64,000 nucleotides of DNA from Escherichia coli (lineage in GTDB: Bacteria; Pseudomonadota; Gammaproteobacteria; Enterobacterales; Enterobacteriaceae): assembly GCF_003019035.1 (NCBI RefSeq), contig NZ_CP027447.1; one strand, 5' to 3'. Below are positions 46,281 to 57,632 of this stretch, piece by piece. The notes beneath the pieces are model-generated. The model did not search any database. It was not told the origin of the DNA and worked only from the letters and a program-made list of their open reading frames with translations. Every line of letters starts with the position of its first letter. The first letter of the stretch is position 1. Both the position numbers and the translations under genes were made by a program.

Positions 46281-47285
46281 CTACTGCGTCGCGCGTAACA
46301 TATTCCCTTGCTCTGGTTCACCATTCTGCGCTGACTCTACTGAAGGCGCATTGCTGGCTGTGGGAGTTGCTCCACTGCTCACCGCAACCGGATACCCTGC
46401 CCGACGATACAACGCTTTATCGACTAACTTCTGATCTACACCCTTATTGTCTTTAAATTGCGTAAAGCCTGCTGGCAGTGTGTATGGCATTGTCTGAACG
46501 TTCTGCTGTTCTTCTGCTGATAGTGGTCGATGTACTTCAACATAACGCATCCCGTTCGGTTCCACGGAATATTTCACCGGTTCGTTGATCACTTTCACCG
46601 GCGTTCCCGTCCGCACGCTGGAGAACAAGGCTTTAATATCCGGCGCATTCATGCGAATACAGCCCGAACTGACGCGCAAACCGACGCTGTCCGGCGCACT
46701 GGTGCCATGAATGAGGTATTCGCCATTACCATGCGCGAGGCGCAGTGCGTAACGTCCTAGTGGGTTATTTGGCCCGGCAGGAACGACTGGCGGTAATTTA
46801 ATGCCACGCTCCAGCGAACGCTGACGAATGCCCGCCGTAGGCGTCCAGGTTGGGTTAGGGATTTTCTGCCCCACACGCGTTTCCATCACCGGCGTTTCCA
46901 GCCCCTGCAAACCAATACCAATCGGATAAACCTGCACGATATTTTCTCCCGGCGGATAATAATAAAGGCGCAGCTCTGCAAGGTTAACGATAATCCCCTG
47001 ACGCGGCGCATCAGGTAATAACAGTTGCGAAGGAATAGTTATCGTCGTACCGGGTTTTGGCACCGGAGCGATAGTGTTATTAGCTTCAAGGATCAACATT
47101 GCCGCAGTATCAAAACGTCGGGCGATGGCCTGAAGGTTTTTATCCCCTTCTTGCACCGTATACGTTTGATTTTGCCCAACCAGTCGGCTTCCGGTTGGAG
47201 GTAGCGGATAATCAACCGCCCAGGCTGCCTGGATGGCGCTAAAAGCGCCGATAAGCGTGAGTGTAAGCAAAGACGCGCGTTTCAT
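46281..47285 (-). CDS. ldtE: L,D-transpeptidase LdtE (YnhG)
   Basis: 334 aa; YkuD domain with HGT and SGCIRM catalytic motifs. Confidence 0.92.
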   Translation of the reverse strand: MKRASLLTLTLIGAFSAIQAAWAVDYPLPPTGSRLVGQNQTYTVQEGDKNLQAIARRFDTAAMLILEANNTIAPVPKPGTTITIPSQLLLPDAPRQGIIVNLAELRLYYYPPGENIVQVYPIGIGLQGLETPVMETRVGQKIPNPTWTPTAGIRQRSLERGIKLPPVVPAGPNNPLGRYALRLAHGNGEYLIHGTSAPDSVGLRVSSGCIRMNAPDIKALFSSVRTGTPVKVINEPVKYSVEPNGMRYVEVHRPLSAEEQQNVQTMPYTLPAGFTQFKDNKGVDQKLVDKALYRRAGYPVAVSSGATPTASNAPSVESAQNGEPEQGNMLRATQ

Positions 47286-47433
47286 TGTAAACCTCCTGTA
47301 TTTGCCGGAGACTCACGCTGAAACGTCGGATGGTGCTTATGTTCACCTGAAACCAAAACACTCCTGTGCAGGTCAGTGTAAACATTGACCATCCGGCAAT
47401 GTGAGCCAACCGGATGAAAGCTGTCCCTTTAGT

Positions 47434-47850
47434 TTAGCTAAGTGCAGCGGCTTTGGCGCGAATTGCGCGAATCATCGCTTCCAGACCTTGTGAACGAGAT
47501 GGGGTGAGATGTTGGGTGAGCGCCATTTTTTCAAACCACGGACGCACATCGAAATTGACAATATCCTGCGGCGTCATCTGATCGTAGAGAATAAAGACGA
47601 CCGCAATAAGCCCTTTCACAATCGCCGCATCGCTGTCGCCCTGCAATTCAATAATTCCCTGCGCATTCTGGCGCATGACAATCCACACCTGACTCTGGCA
47701 GCCCTGAATGCTATTTTGTGAGCTTCTGTCTTCGGCGCGTAATTCTGGCAGACGCTGGCCCAGCTCAATAATGTAGAGATATTTCTCTTCCCAGTTGGCG
47801 CAGCGTAAAAAATTACGCAGCAATTTTTCTTTATCCGGCAATAAAGCCAT
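47434..47850 (-). CDS. sufE: cysteine desulfuration protein SufE
   Basis: 138 aa. Confidence 0.95.
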   Translation of the reverse strand: MALLPDKEKLLRNFLRCANWEEKYLYIIELGQRLPELRAEDRSSQNSIQGCQSQVWIVMRQNAQGIIELQGDSDAAIVKGLIAVVFILYDQMTPQDIVNFDVRPWFEKMALTQHLTPSRSQGLEAMIRAIRAKAAALS

Positions 47851-47862
47851 AGTGCCTCCCTG

Positions 47863-49083
47863 TTATCCCAGCAAACGGTGAATACGTTGCAGGCCGGTCA
47901 CCAGACGATCCATTTCTTCATGGGTGTTATACATGGCCAGCGACGCCCGACACATAGCAGGAACGTTGTAATAGGCCATCAATGGCATTGCGCAGTGATG
48001 TCCGGTACGCACAGCAATGCCGTAGTTATCGAGAAAACTGCCAACATCATAGGCGTGGTGTTTACCGAGATTAAAAGCAATAACGCCAAGCCTGTTCTGC
48101 GGGCCATAGAGAGTGAGATCCGGTACAGATTCCAGCTGTGATAACGCGTAGTGCATCAGATTCTGTTCATACTCGGCTATGTTATTAAGCCCCAGCGCCG
48201 ACACATACTCCAGCGCCGCGCCAAGACCAATGATGCCTCCGGTATTGGGTGTGCCGGCTTCAAACCGCCATGGTGCTTTGGTCCAGGTAGTCCCTTCACT
48301 CAGGCTGACGGTGGCGATCATAGAACCGCCCCCTTCCCACGGCGGCATCTCCTGCAACAAGGCTTCTTTGACATAAAGAATGCCAATTCCGGTAGGGCCA
48401 TACAGTTTATGCCCGGAAAACACGTAAAAATCGCAATCCAGCGCCTGAACATCCACCGGATGATGCATCACCGCCTGAGCGCCATCCACCAGCACTTTTG
48501 CGCCATGTTGATGCGCAAGTGTGATCATTTCCGCCAGCGGATTTTCCGTTCCCAGCACGTTGGAGACATGAGTAATTGCCAGCAGGCGAGTTTTCTCATC
48601 GAACAGATTAGGTAGCATCTCCAGTTGCAGCGTACCGTCGGGGTTGAGAGGGATCACACGCAGCTCTGCGCCAACGCGTGCACAAAGCATCTGCCAGGGG
48701 ACAATGTTAGCGTGGTGCTCCATCTGACTGATGATGATGTTATCGCCCGCCCGCACATTGCTGTTACCCCAGCTATTGGCGACCAGATTGATCCCTTCCG
48801 TCGTGCCGCGGACGAACACCAGCTCTTCCGCCGAACGGGCATTAATAAACAGCGATGCCCGCTTGCGCACGTTCTCCATTTTCTCGGTCGCCTGGGCGCT
48901 TAAGGTATGAATACCGCGATGCACCGCCGCGTAGCCATGACGATAAAACTCGGCCTCGGCGTCAATCACCTGGCTCGGTTTCTGTGCACTGGCGGCGCTG
49001 TCGAGATAAGCCAGCGGCAAACCGTTTACCTCACGCGAAAGCACCGGAAAGTCGGCCCGCACTTTGTCGACGGAATAAGTCAT
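47863..49083 (-). CDS. sufS: cysteine desulfurase SufS
   Basis: 406 aa PLP-dependent. Confidence 0.95.
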   Translation of the reverse strand: MTYSVDKVRADFPVLSREVNGLPLAYLDSAASAQKPSQVIDAEAEFYRHGYAAVHRGIHTLSAQATEKMENVRKRASLFINARSAEELVFVRGTTEGINLVANSWGNSNVRAGDNIIISQMEHHANIVPWQMLCARVGAELRVIPLNPDGTLQLEMLPNLFDEKTRLLAITHVSNVLGTENPLAEMITLAHQHGAKVLVDGAQAVMHHPVDVQALDCDFYVFSGHKLYGPTGIGILYVKEALLQEMPPWEGGGSMIATVSLSEGTTWTKAPWRFEAGTPNTGGIIGLGAALEYVSALGLNNIAEYEQNLMHYALSQLESVPDLTLYGPQNRLGVIAFNLGKHHAYDVGSFLDNYGIAVRTGHHCAMPLMAYYNVPAMCRASLAMYNTHEEMDRLVTGLQRIHRLLG

Positions 49084-50351
49084 CTTGCACCTCCTGGCAG
49101 CCGTTGACCGATTCGGGCCAGCACCTGCTGTTTAAGCCCCTCATCACGCAGTGCTTCCGTCAGTTCAGCAGCAAAGGCGTAAATGATCATCTGCTGGGCA
49201 TCCTGCTGATTGATCCCGCGCGAGCGCAGATAGAACATCTGTTCATCATCAATACGCCCCACCGTCGCGCCGTGGCTGCATTTCACATCATCTGCATAGA
49301 TTTCCAGCTGCGGTTTCGTATCCACTTCCGCCAGTTTGCCCATCAGCAGATTATTGTTGGTCATCTGACCATCCGTTTTGATGGCGTGCTGCGCGACGTT
49401 GATCAAACCGTTAAATACCGCGCGGCCTTTGTCGCTGACGATAGTTTTATGCAACTGTCGACTGTTACAAAAACCTTTATTGTGTTCCAGCCAGGTACGG
49501 GTATCACACACCTCGTTTTTCACCGGCATCGCCAGGCTATTGATCCGCAGCGTGCTGTTTTCGCCATTGAGTTGCGTACTGGTGTTGTGTCGTAACACTG
49601 CGCCACCCAGCAGGAAACTGTGGCTAAATGCGGTGGCATCGTCAGCCAGCAACAAATCGTTATGGGCAAAGTGGTGACTGACCGGGTTTTCAAACGCCAG
49701 CTTGATATGCTGCAAGTGGGCGTTCGCTGCGACGTTGATAGTGAACCGTGCGCCGGTGAAGTGACGAGCATCATTAAGGCTGACAAAATGTTCGATCACC
49801 GTTGCTTCGGCACCTTCCGCCAGATCCAGATGATGTCGGTAATGGGCAGTATTCACCTCTTCACCTGCCACGCCCTGGGTGATATGCATTAACAGCAATG
49901 GCTTTACCGGCCGTTGACCGCGCTTCACGGCGATATGCGTCACGCTATGCGCCAGGCTTTCCGTCAAATGCAGAAACACTTCCGCCTGAATAGCGTCGGG
50001 TAACCCCTGACGGTCGTCGTTAATGCTCACTTCATATCCGCTGCCTTCAGTTGCATCGCTCAGTGCTGACACGTAACGTCCATCGACAAATACCAGCCGC
50101 ACAGCGTCTAACGTTAACGCTAAGGCATCACGCTGCTGTGGGGATATTTCTCCCGCAATGCTGACAAACTGGCTATTGGTCAGCTCTTCCAGCGGCGTAT
50201 ATTTCCAGTTTTCATGTTTACGTGTCGGCAGTCCGGTACGCAGCAATTGTTGTAAATGCTGCTGTGCTTGCGGGGAGCGTTTTGCACCCTCGGCTTCAAA
50301 CAAATGATGCCACTGTTGCAGCGCGTTACTGCTGTTCGGTAAGCCAGCCAT
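49080..50351 (-). CDS. sufD: Fe-S cluster assembly protein SufD
   Basis: Start [14 protein letters not shown]; overlaps sufC 3' end. Confidence 0.93.
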   Translation of the reverse strand: MAGLPNSSNALQQWHHLFEAEGAKRSPQAQQHLQQLLRTGLPTRKHENWKYTPLEELTNSQFVSIAGEISPQQRDALALTLDAVRLVFVDGRYVSALSDATEGSGYEVSINDDRQGLPDAIQAEVFLHLTESLAHSVTHIAVKRGQRPVKPLLLMHITQGVAGEEVNTAHYRHHLDLAEGAEATVIEHFVSLNDARHFTGARFTINVAANAHLQHIKLAFENPVSHHFAHNDLLLADDATAFSHSFLLGGAVLRHNTSTQLNGENSTLRINSLAMPVKNEVCDTRTWLEHNKGFCNSRQLHKTIVSDKGRAVFNGLINVAQHAIKTDGQMTNNNLLMGKLAEVDTKPQLEIYADDVKCSHGATVGRIDDEQMFYLRSRGINQQDAQQMIIYAFAAELTEALRDEGLKQQVLARIGQRLPGGAR

Positions 50352-51072
50352 AACCCTGCTCCTCCAGTTGTTTGACCAACGTGAAATCACCGGATTTCAC
50401 AATTCGTCCCTGATACAGCACATGGACGTAATCAGGCTTGATGTAGTCGAGAATGCGTTGGTAGTGCGTAACAATGATGAATGAACGCTTGCCGTCACGC
50501 AGCGAGTTCACGCCATCGGCAACCACTTTTAATGCGTCAATATCCAGCCCGGAGTCCGACTCATCAAGAATGCATAACTCCGGTTCCAGCACCGCCATTT
50601 GCAAAATATCGTTGCGCTTTTTCTCGCCGCCGGAAAAACCAACGTTTACCGAACGGGTTAATAAATCTTCCGGCATCTTCAGGAGAGCGATTTTCTCCTC
50701 CATCAAATCCTGAAAATCAAAGCGGTCGAGCGTTTCCTGGCCGCGATAGCTGCGCACCGCATTAAGTGCCGTTTGCAGGAAAAACTGGTTACTGACGCCG
50801 GGAATTTCCACCGGATACTGGAAGGCCATAAAGATGCCTTCACCTGCACGATCTTCCGGCGACAGCGCAAGCAAATCTTTGCCTTTGAACTCAACCGTGC
50901 CGCCCGTCACCTCATAATCTTCTCGCCCGGCAAGCGTTGCCGATAAGGTACTTTTGCCAGAACCGTTTGGCCCCATAATGGCGTGAACTTCGCCGGGACG
51001 AACGTCGAGGCTTAATCCACGCAGGATAGCTTTATCTTCCACGCTGACGTGTAAATCTTTAATACTTAACAT
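50326..51072 (-). CDS. sufC: Fe-S cluster assembly ATPase SufC
   Basis: 248 aa ABC ATPase (GPNGSGKST). Confidence 0.96.
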   Translation of the reverse strand: MLSIKDLHVSVEDKAILRGLSLDVRPGEVHAIMGPNGSGKSTLSATLAGREDYEVTGGTVEFKGKDLLALSPEDRAGEGIFMAFQYPVEIPGVSNQFFLQTALNAVRSYRGQETLDRFDFQDLMEEKIALLKMPEDLLTRSVNVGFSGGEKKRNDILQMAVLEPELCILDESDSGLDIDALKVVADGVNSLRDGKRSFIIVTHYQRILDYIKPDYVHVLYQGRIVKSGDFTLVKQLEEQGYGWLTEQQ

Positions 51073-51081
51073 GTTTATTCC

Positions 51082-52569
51082 TTATCCGACGCTGTGTTCA
51101 AGACTGATGGCGAGGAGTTTTTGTGCTTCAACGGCAAATTCCAGCGGCAGTTCTGAGAACACGTCTTTGCAGAAACCGTTAACAATCATCGAGATGGCGT
51201 CTTCTTCGCTGATCCCGCGTTGCAGGCAGTAAAACAGTTGATCTTCACCAATACGTGATGTCGTTGCCTCGTGCTCCAGTTGTGCGCTGTTATTGCGACA
51301 TTCGACATACGGGAAGGTATGCGCCCCACAATTAGCGCCAATCAGCATTGAGTCGCACTGAGTGAAATTGCGCGCATTGGTTGCCGTCGGCATGATTTTC
51401 ACTAAGCCGCGATAACTGTTCTGACTATGTCCGGCAGAGATCCCTTTCGAGATAATGGTCGATTTGGTGTTTTTACCGATGTGGATCATCTTGGTGCCGG
51501 TATCCGCTTGCTGATGACCGCTGGTCAGTGCCACTGAGTAAAACTCACCAATGGAGTTATCGCCGCGCAAAATGCAGCTGGGATATTTCCACGTAATCGC
51601 TGACCCGGTTTCTGATTGCGTCCATGACATTTTGCTGTTTTCGCCTTCGCACAAAGCACGCTTGGTGACGAAGTTGAGAATACCGCCGGTGTTGTTATCG
51701 CCAGGGAACCAGTTTTGTACCGTGGAATATTTCACCTCGGCGTTTTTATGGATGATGACTTCCACCACCGCCGCGTGTAACTGATAGCTGTCACGCACCG
51801 GAGCGGAACAGCCTTCAATGTAGCTGACATAGCTGTCTTCGTCGGCCACCAGAATGGTGCGCTCAAACTGCCCTGTTTTTTCCGCGTTAATGCGAAAATA
51901 GGTGGAAAGTTCCATCGGGCAGCGCACGCCTTTAGGCACATAAATAAACGTACCGTCAGAGGCTACCGCCGCATTAAGTGCGGCAAAGAAGTTGTCATTC
52001 CCCGGCACCACGGTGCCGAGATATTTACGCACCAGTTCCGGGTGATCGTGGATCGCCTCGCCAAAGGAACAGAAAATAATTCCCTGCTCCGCCAGTTTTT
52101 CGCGATAAGTGGTGGCAACCGAAACAGAGTCGAAAATGGCATCCACCGCCACCTCTTTGCCTTCCCGCACGGGAACGCCCAACTGCTCAAACGCCGCCTC
52201 CACCTCTTTACTTAAAAAGGCGTTCGCGCCAGTTTGCTGCACCGCGCCGGGTTCAGACGCGCAGTTGTCGTCACAATTACCGCACGATGGTGCTGAGTAG
52301 TAGCTGTAATCCTGATAATTCAGCTTGTCGTAGTGCGCTTTCAACCAGTGCGGTTCTTCCATCTCCAGCCATGCGCGATAGGCGTTGAGACGAAACTCCA
52401 GCATCCACTCCGGCTCATTACGCTTCGCCGAAATTGCGCGCACCACCTCTTCGTTTATTCCCTTTGCCAGCTCATCGGTGGCTAACTGGGTGAAGAATCC
52501 TTCTTTATAATTCAGCGGGCCGCCGGTCCAGGTTTTGACATCGTCAGTTGCTTCAGTATTACGAGACAT
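51082..52569 (-). CDS. sufB: Fe-S cluster scaffold SufB
   Basis: Start [14 protein letters not shown]; track ORF extends 13 codons further upstream. Confidence 0.95.
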   Translation of the reverse strand: MSRNTEATDDVKTWTGGPLNYKEGFFTQLATDELAKGINEEVVRAISAKRNEPEWMLEFRLNAYRAWLEMEEPHWLKAHYDKLNYQDYSYYSAPSCGNCDDNCASEPGAVQQTGANAFLSKEVEAAFEQLGVPVREGKEVAVDAIFDSVSVATTYREKLAEQGIIFCSFGEAIHDHPELVRKYLGTVVPGNDNFFAALNAAVASDGTFIYVPKGVRCPMELSTYFRINAEKTGQFERTILVADEDSYVSYIEGCSAPVRDSYQLHAAVVEVIIHKNAEVKYSTVQNWFPGDNNTGGILNFVTKRALCEGENSKMSWTQSETGSAITWKYPSCILRGDNSIGEFYSVALTSGHQQADTGTKMIHIGKNTKSTIISKGISAGHSQNSYRGLVKIMPTATNARNFTQCDSMLIGANCGAHTFPYVECRNNSAQLEHEATTSRIGEDQLFYCLQRGISEEDAISMIVNGFCKDVFSELPLEFAVEAQKLLAISLEHSVG

Positions 52570-52577
52570 AGTACCGC

Positions 52578-52946
52578 CTATACCCCAAAGCTTTCGCCAC
52601 AGCCACATTCATTCTGGGCTTTAGGGTTGTGAAATTTGAATATCTGATTAAGTCCTTCACGAACGAAATCGACTTCCGTGCCATCAATAAACGGCATCGC
52701 TTGCAGCGGGACAAACAGCTTCGCGCCGTCGTGTTCAAACAGCAGATCGTCTTTGTCCGGCTCGCTAACACTGTCGAGCACATAGCCAAAGCCCGCGCAG
52801 CCCGTTTGCTTCACGCCTAAGCGCACGCCGACCATACCCGGCTGCTTTGCCACCAGCTCGCGGATGTGGACAGCGGCTGCGGGTGTCAGCGTTAAGCCCT
52901 GCCAGGCGAAATCCTGTGGATTAAAGGTTCCTGAATGCATGTCCAT
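52578..52946 (-). CDS. sufA: Fe-S cluster A-type carrier SufA
   Basis: 122 aa, C-terminal CGCGESF. Confidence 0.95.
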   Translation of the reverse strand: MDMHSGTFNPQDFAWQGLTLTPAAAVHIRELVAKQPGMVGVRLGVKQTGCAGFGYVLDSVSEPDKDDLLFEHDGAKLFVPLQAMPFIDGTEVDFVREGLNQIFKFHNPKAQNECGCGESFGV

Positions 52947-53224
52947 CGATTTACCTCACTTCATCGCTTTCAGCGTATAACAGCATGTTAGTGATAATGA
53001 TTATCAGTTCAACCCAGCAAACGCAGGGGCTTTACCGTAAAACATGCTTTTTTCCTGCTTTTAATAAGCATAGACCCTGATGTGTGGGTTAACAGGCACG
53101 CTAAGAATTAGGTATCTCATTGTTAGATAATGATTATTATCTAAGGAGCATTAAGGCTGTGATGAAAAAGAAAAAGTTGTATTGAAAATGACTATTTAAG
53201 AGATAGGTAAAAAAGTGCAGCGTT

Positions 53225-53295
53225 CAGAAATAAGAAAACCCTTAAGTCTGTGCGACACAGGCTTAAGGGTTTCTACCCCATCCGGCGCTTATCTC
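53225..53295 (-). ncRNA. rydB: candidate small RNA (RydB position) ending in a minus-strand intrinsic terminator
   Basis: 16-bp near-perfect hairpin (53237-53271) followed, on the minus strand, by a U-rich tract; RydB is recalled to lie between sufA and ydiH. Boundaries are approximate and the sequence identity is not verified. Confidence 0.3.
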
Positions 53296-53494
53296 CGGCA
53301 CTCTCAGTGGCTTAGCTCTTGAAGGGGCGATAAGAATAATCTCATAAAGCTAACCCGCCGTTTTAACACAAACTGCGATTAGTATTATTTTTGAACAATA
53401 TCAGGCGGGTAGATAAGCAGTATTAAGAAGGTCATCGAACCTGGACGGAGGTTAATCCAGGTCGATTTGGCGAAATTGCGGCATTAAGTCAGGA

Positions 53495-53683
53495 TCAATG
53501 CACGCCCAGACGCCAGGCAAAGTAGATTTCTTCTTTTAATTCAGCAGAAGAGAGAGTAAGCAGGTCAGCAAATTCAAGTTCTAGTTGTTTCAGACGTTTG
53601 AGATATTGGGCAGGTGAAAGATTGCTCTGGTCACGGCGTAAAAATTCAATGGCCAGCTGGGTGGGATCAAGTTGAGTAGACAT
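53495..53683 (-). CDS. ydiH: small protein YdiH (62 aa)
   Basis: Start MSTQLDPTQLAIEFLRR; track ORF extends upstream. Confidence 0.8.
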   Translation of the reverse strand: MSTQLDPTQLAIEFLRRDQSNLSPAQYLKRLKQLELEFADLLTLSSAELKEEIYFAWRLGVH

Positions 53684-53782
53684 AGCATCCTCGCTTTTAG
53701 ACAAGACCTGCACAGTATACCACCGTTTACTGTGCAGATAATGACCAAAAGCAATATGCGTCACACTTTTCTGGTGACAACG

Positions 53783-54193
53783 TCACAAAATGGCGGTCGT
53801 TAATCGTGACGAACAGCACAAACGCCCTTTCTCATCGAAGATTTCAATCTGCCAGACCTGGTGACGCGAACCGAGATGCAACGGTTTGCATACGCCGCGC
53901 ACCCGCCCTTCTCGTGCCGAGCGGACGTGGTTAGCATTGATTTCCAGACCAACCACCTTTTGCTCACCTTCGGTACATAAATAGCCGGCAACGGAACCGA
54001 TACTTTCGGCCAGCACCACAGACGCGCCTCCATGCAGCAACCCGAAAGGCTGCTTTGTCCGGGAGTCTACTGGCATTGTCGCTTCAAGGGTGTCATCACC
54101 AATATGTTCAAAGCGAATATCCAGCAACCCCACCATGTTTCCTTCACCCATAGCATTCAATGCTTCCAGGGTGATTTTTCGTTTCCATATCAT
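53783..54193 (-). CDS. menI: 1,4-dihydroxy-2-naphthoyl-CoA thioesterase (hotdog fold)
   Basis: 136 aa PaaI-like. Confidence 0.92.
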   Translation of the reverse strand: MIWKRKITLEALNAMGEGNMVGLLDIRFEHIGDDTLEATMPVDSRTKQPFGLLHGGASVVLAESIGSVAGYLCTEGEQKVVGLEINANHVRSAREGRVRGVCKPLHLGSRHQVWQIEIFDEKGRLCCSSRLTTAIL

Positions 54194-57100
54194 TTAATAA
54201 TCTCCAGTAAAGCCTGCACAGGATGGCGTACCCCCGTGCCTTCGACCCGTTTTACCTGGCTACGGCAGGAATATCCGGTCGCCAGACAGCGATTACGCGG
54301 CAGTCGCTGCATCGCCTGATGCCAGGATAACTCATAGATCCCGAGCGAATTTTTATGGTTTTTCGCTTCATGTCCGTAAGTCCCTGCCATGCCGCAGCAA
54401 CCCACGCTGACATTTTCCAGTTTCGCGCCAAAACGGGCAAATATCGCGGCCCATTGTGCTGGCGCGCCCGGCAAAGCGGTAACTTCGGTACAGTGACCAA
54501 AGAAATACCATGATTCACCGCTGACTGTAGCCACTGGCTGTGAGTCAAGTGCGCTTGCCAGCCATTCATTCGCCAGTAAGACGTTAAACTCGCCACGTTC
54601 CTCGCCCAGCGCCAGTTTATATTCATCGCGATAACAAAGTACCAGCGCCGGATCGACGCCCACCATTGGCATCCCCAGCTTCGCCATACGGTTGAGGAAA
54701 TCCGCCGTCTTTTTCGCCGTCTTCGCAAAACGATTAAGAAAGCCTTTGATATGCTGGGCTTTGCCATTTGGCGAAAATGGCAGTAACACAGGCTGGAAAC
54801 CTAATTTTTCAACCAGACGGACAAAATCCGCCACCACTTGCGCATCGTAATAGCTGGTAAAGGGGTCCTGCACCACCAACACCGTGCGCGCTTTCTGCTC
54901 TGCATTGAGAGCTTCAAGCTGTTCCAGCGTCATATTCGCCGAGCGATGCCCCACCATTTGTTGTTGTAGCGAGGGGACTGACAGCAGTGGCAAATCAACC
55001 ATGCCGATATGTTTTTCCGAGAGTTTGCGCACCAGCGGCTGGTTAATGAAGAAGTTAAAGGTTTTCGGCGCGCGTGCCATCAGCGGTGCGTAGCTCTCGA
55101 CCGTAGCAACGAGGTGGTCGCGAAGCGGGCGTAAATAACGGGTGTGATAGAGCTGCAGAAAACGAGAGCGAAACTCCGGCACATCAATTTTGATGGGGCA
55201 CTGGGTCGAACACGCTTTACAGGCCAGACAGCCCGACATAGCCTCTTTGACTTCGTGTGAGAAGTCGTATTCGCCTTTATTCGCATGCCAGCTATTGCGC
55301 GTGCGGGCAATTAACGTCCGTAAACTGACGCCGGATTCAGGCAGTTCTTGTTCCAGTTTGAGTGGGTCAACGCCGCGATCCGCCAACAAGCGCAGCCATT
55401 CACGCACCAGCGTTGCGCGCCCTTTCGGTGAATGAATCCGGTTCTGGGTGATCTTCATCGACGGACACATCGGACTACGGGCATCAAAGTTGAAGCATAA
55501 ACCGTTGCCGTTACACTCCATCGCACCGCGCCACTGCTGGCGTACCGCAATGGGGATCTGCCGATCAAATGTACCGCGCTTCACCGCGTCCACTTTCATC
55601 ATCGGCGCATCGAGACCTTCTGGCGGGCAAATCTTCCCTGGGTTGAGTCGGTTATGCGGGTCAAATGCCGCTTTCACTTTGCGCAGTTCTGCAAAAAGTT
55701 CCTCACCGAAAAACGCCGGGCTGTATTCAGCGCGAAAACCTTTGCCGTGCTCGCCCCACAACAAACCACCGTATTTCGCAGTCAGCGCCACCACGTCATC
55801 AGAGATTTGCTTCATCAAAATCTCTTGTTGTGGATCGCACATATCCAGTGCCGGACGGACGTGCAAGACACCTGCGTCGACGTGACCGAACATACCGTAG
55901 CTTAAGCCGTGGCTGTCGAGCAGCGCGCGAAATTCAGCAATATAATCGGCCAGATGTTCCGGCGGTACGCAGGTATCCTCAGCAAACGGAATTGGCTTAG
56001 CGGCACCTTTGGCATTGCCAAGCAGACCAACGGCTTTTTTGCGCATCGCATAGATACGTTCAACGCCCGCCAGTTCGCGGCACACCTGCCAGCCAATCAC
56101 ACCTGCCTGTTGGCTGGCAATCAGCTCATCAAGCCGCACACAGAGTGCATTAACTCGCTCGTCAATCAGCGCCTCATCATCACCAGCAAATTCCACAATG
56201 TTCAGCCCGAGCATTTCTTTGTCAGGTACATCGGTAATCAACTCGCTGACGGAATGCCAGACAATATCTTCCCGCGCCAGATTCAGCACTTTTGAGTCCA
56301 CCGTCTCTACCGAAAGCGCCCGCGCCTCAACCATAAACGGCGCATTACGCAGCGCAGAGTCAAAAGAGTCATATTTGACATTCACCAAACGGCGCACTTT
56401 AGGCAAGGGCGTAATATCCAGCCGCGCTTCGGTAATAAAGGCCAGCGTCCCTTCTGAACCCGTCAGAATGCGCGTCAGGTCGAACTCGGTCATCTCATCG
56501 TTAAAGACATGACGCAGATCGTAACCGGTAAGAAAGCGGTTAAGCTTGGGGAAGTTGTCGATGATTAACTGGCGTTGCTGACGGCAACGTTGATAAACCG
56601 TGTTATAAATTCGCCCGATTGTGGTATTGGATTTACCCAGCGTTTCCGCCAGTTCGACGGGTAAAGGTTGCGTATCGAGAATATCGCCCCCCAACAACAC
56701 CGCGCGTACGCCAAGTACGTGATCTGACGTTTTGCCATAGACCAGCGATCCCTGACCGGATGCATCGGTATTGATCATCCCGCCGAGCGTTGCCCGGTTG
56801 CTGGTGGAAAGTTCTGGCGCAAAAAAGTAGCCAAAGGGTTTCAGGTACTGATTGAGTTGGTCTTTAATCACCCCGGCCTCAACGCGCACCCAGCCCTCTT
56901 CAGGGTTAATTTCGATGATGCGGTTCATATGGCGGGACATATCAACAATAATCCCCTGGTTGAGCGCCTGACCGTTAGTGCCGGTACCGCCGCCGCGGGG
57001 GGTAAAGATCAACGATGAATAGCGTTCCTGCGCGGCAAGACGGGCGATCATCGCTACATCTGCGGTTGAACGCGGAAATACCACCGCATCGGGGAGAAGT

Positions 57101-57246
57101 TGGTAAATACTGTTGTCGGTCGACATTGTCAGACGATCGGCATAACTTGTCGCCGTATCGCCAGTAAAACCCTGTTGCTCCAGCTCTTGCAAAAAATTAA
57201 GCACCAATTGAACGACGCCAGGTGCCTGGGAAATCTGTGGAATCAT
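54190..57246 (-). CDS. ydiJ: FAD-linked oxidoreductase with C-terminal Fe-S domain YdiJ
   Basis: 1018 aa. Confidence 0.93.
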   Translation of the reverse strand: MIPQISQAPGVVQLVLNFLQELEQQGFTGDTATSYADRLTMSTDNSIYQLLPDAVVFPRSTADVAMIARLAAQERYSSLIFTPRGGGTGTNGQALNQGIIVDMSRHMNRIIEINPEEGWVRVEAGVIKDQLNQYLKPFGYFFAPELSTSNRATLGGMINTDASGQGSLVYGKTSDHVLGVRAVLLGGDILDTQPLPVELAETLGKSNTTIGRIYNTVYQRCRQQRQLIIDNFPKLNRFLTGYDLRHVFNDEMTEFDLTRILTGSEGTLAFITEARLDITPLPKVRRLVNVKYDSFDSALRNAPFMVEARALSVETVDSKVLNLAREDIVWHSVSELITDVPDKEMLGLNIVEFAGDDEALIDERVNALCVRLDELIASQQAGVIGWQVCRELAGVERIYAMRKKAVGLLGNAKGAAKPIPFAEDTCVPPEHLADYIAEFRALLDSHGLSYGMFGHVDAGVLHVRPALDMCDPQQEILMKQISDDVVALTAKYGGLLWGEHGKGFRAEYSPAFFGEELFAELRKVKAAFDPHNRLNPGKICPPEGLDAPMMKVDAVKRGTFDRQIPIAVRQQWRGAMECNGNGLCFNFDARSPMCPSMKITQNRIHSPKGRATLVREWLRLLADRGVDPLKLEQELPESGVSLRTLIARTRNSWHANKGEYDFSHEVKEAMSGCLACKACSTQCPIKIDVPEFRSRFLQLYHTRYLRPLRDHLVATVESYAPLMARAPKTFNFFINQPLVRKLSEKHIGMVDLPLLSVPSLQQQMVGHRSANMTLEQLEALNAEQKARTVLVVQDPFTSYYDAQVVADFVRLVEKLGFQPVLLPFSPNGKAQHIKGFLNRFAKTAKKTADFLNRMAKLGMPMVGVDPALVLCYRDEYKLALGEERGEFNVLLANEWLASALDSQPVATVSGESWYFFGHCTEVTALPGAPAQWAAIFARFGAKLENVSVGCCGMAGTYGHEAKNHKNSLGIYELSWHQAMQRLPRNRCLATGYSCRSQVKRVEGTGVRHPVQALLEIIK

Positions 57247-57321
57247 TATATTGACCCTTTCCTGCGGTCTGTGATGTAGGTCGATACACTGTTCTTTCAG
57301 GCTGCTAATAGCGCACTGAAA

Positions 57322-57462
57322 GGTGATGTTTGTTTACTCTATGGATTTCGAGTTGCAGGAAGGCGGCAAGCGAGTGAACTCCAGGAGCTTACAAAAGTAA
57401 GTGACTGGGGTGAACGAACGTAGCCGCAGCACATGCAATTTGAAATACGACGAGTAAATCGT
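57322..57462. repeat. ERIC (IRU) enterobacterial repetitive intergenic consensus element
   Basis: Contains aagtaagtgactggggtgaacg (ERIC2 primer-like) and gtgaactccaggagcttaca (ERIC1R complement-like) in the ydiJ/ydiK divergent intergenic region. Confidence 0.7.
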
Positions 57463-57632
57463 TTGCGTGTTGCCTGAGTTGTTGTACCACATTTTTTTCT
57501 AACACGCCCATCAGAATTAAGGGCAGAATCGGCCTGTTAAAAACCGCTGAAATTGCTCATCATTATGCAGGTGAGTTTCGCGTGTTCACGTCGCGTCGAC
57601 GATTTGACGCACAAAAAAGGTGAAAAGTAGTT

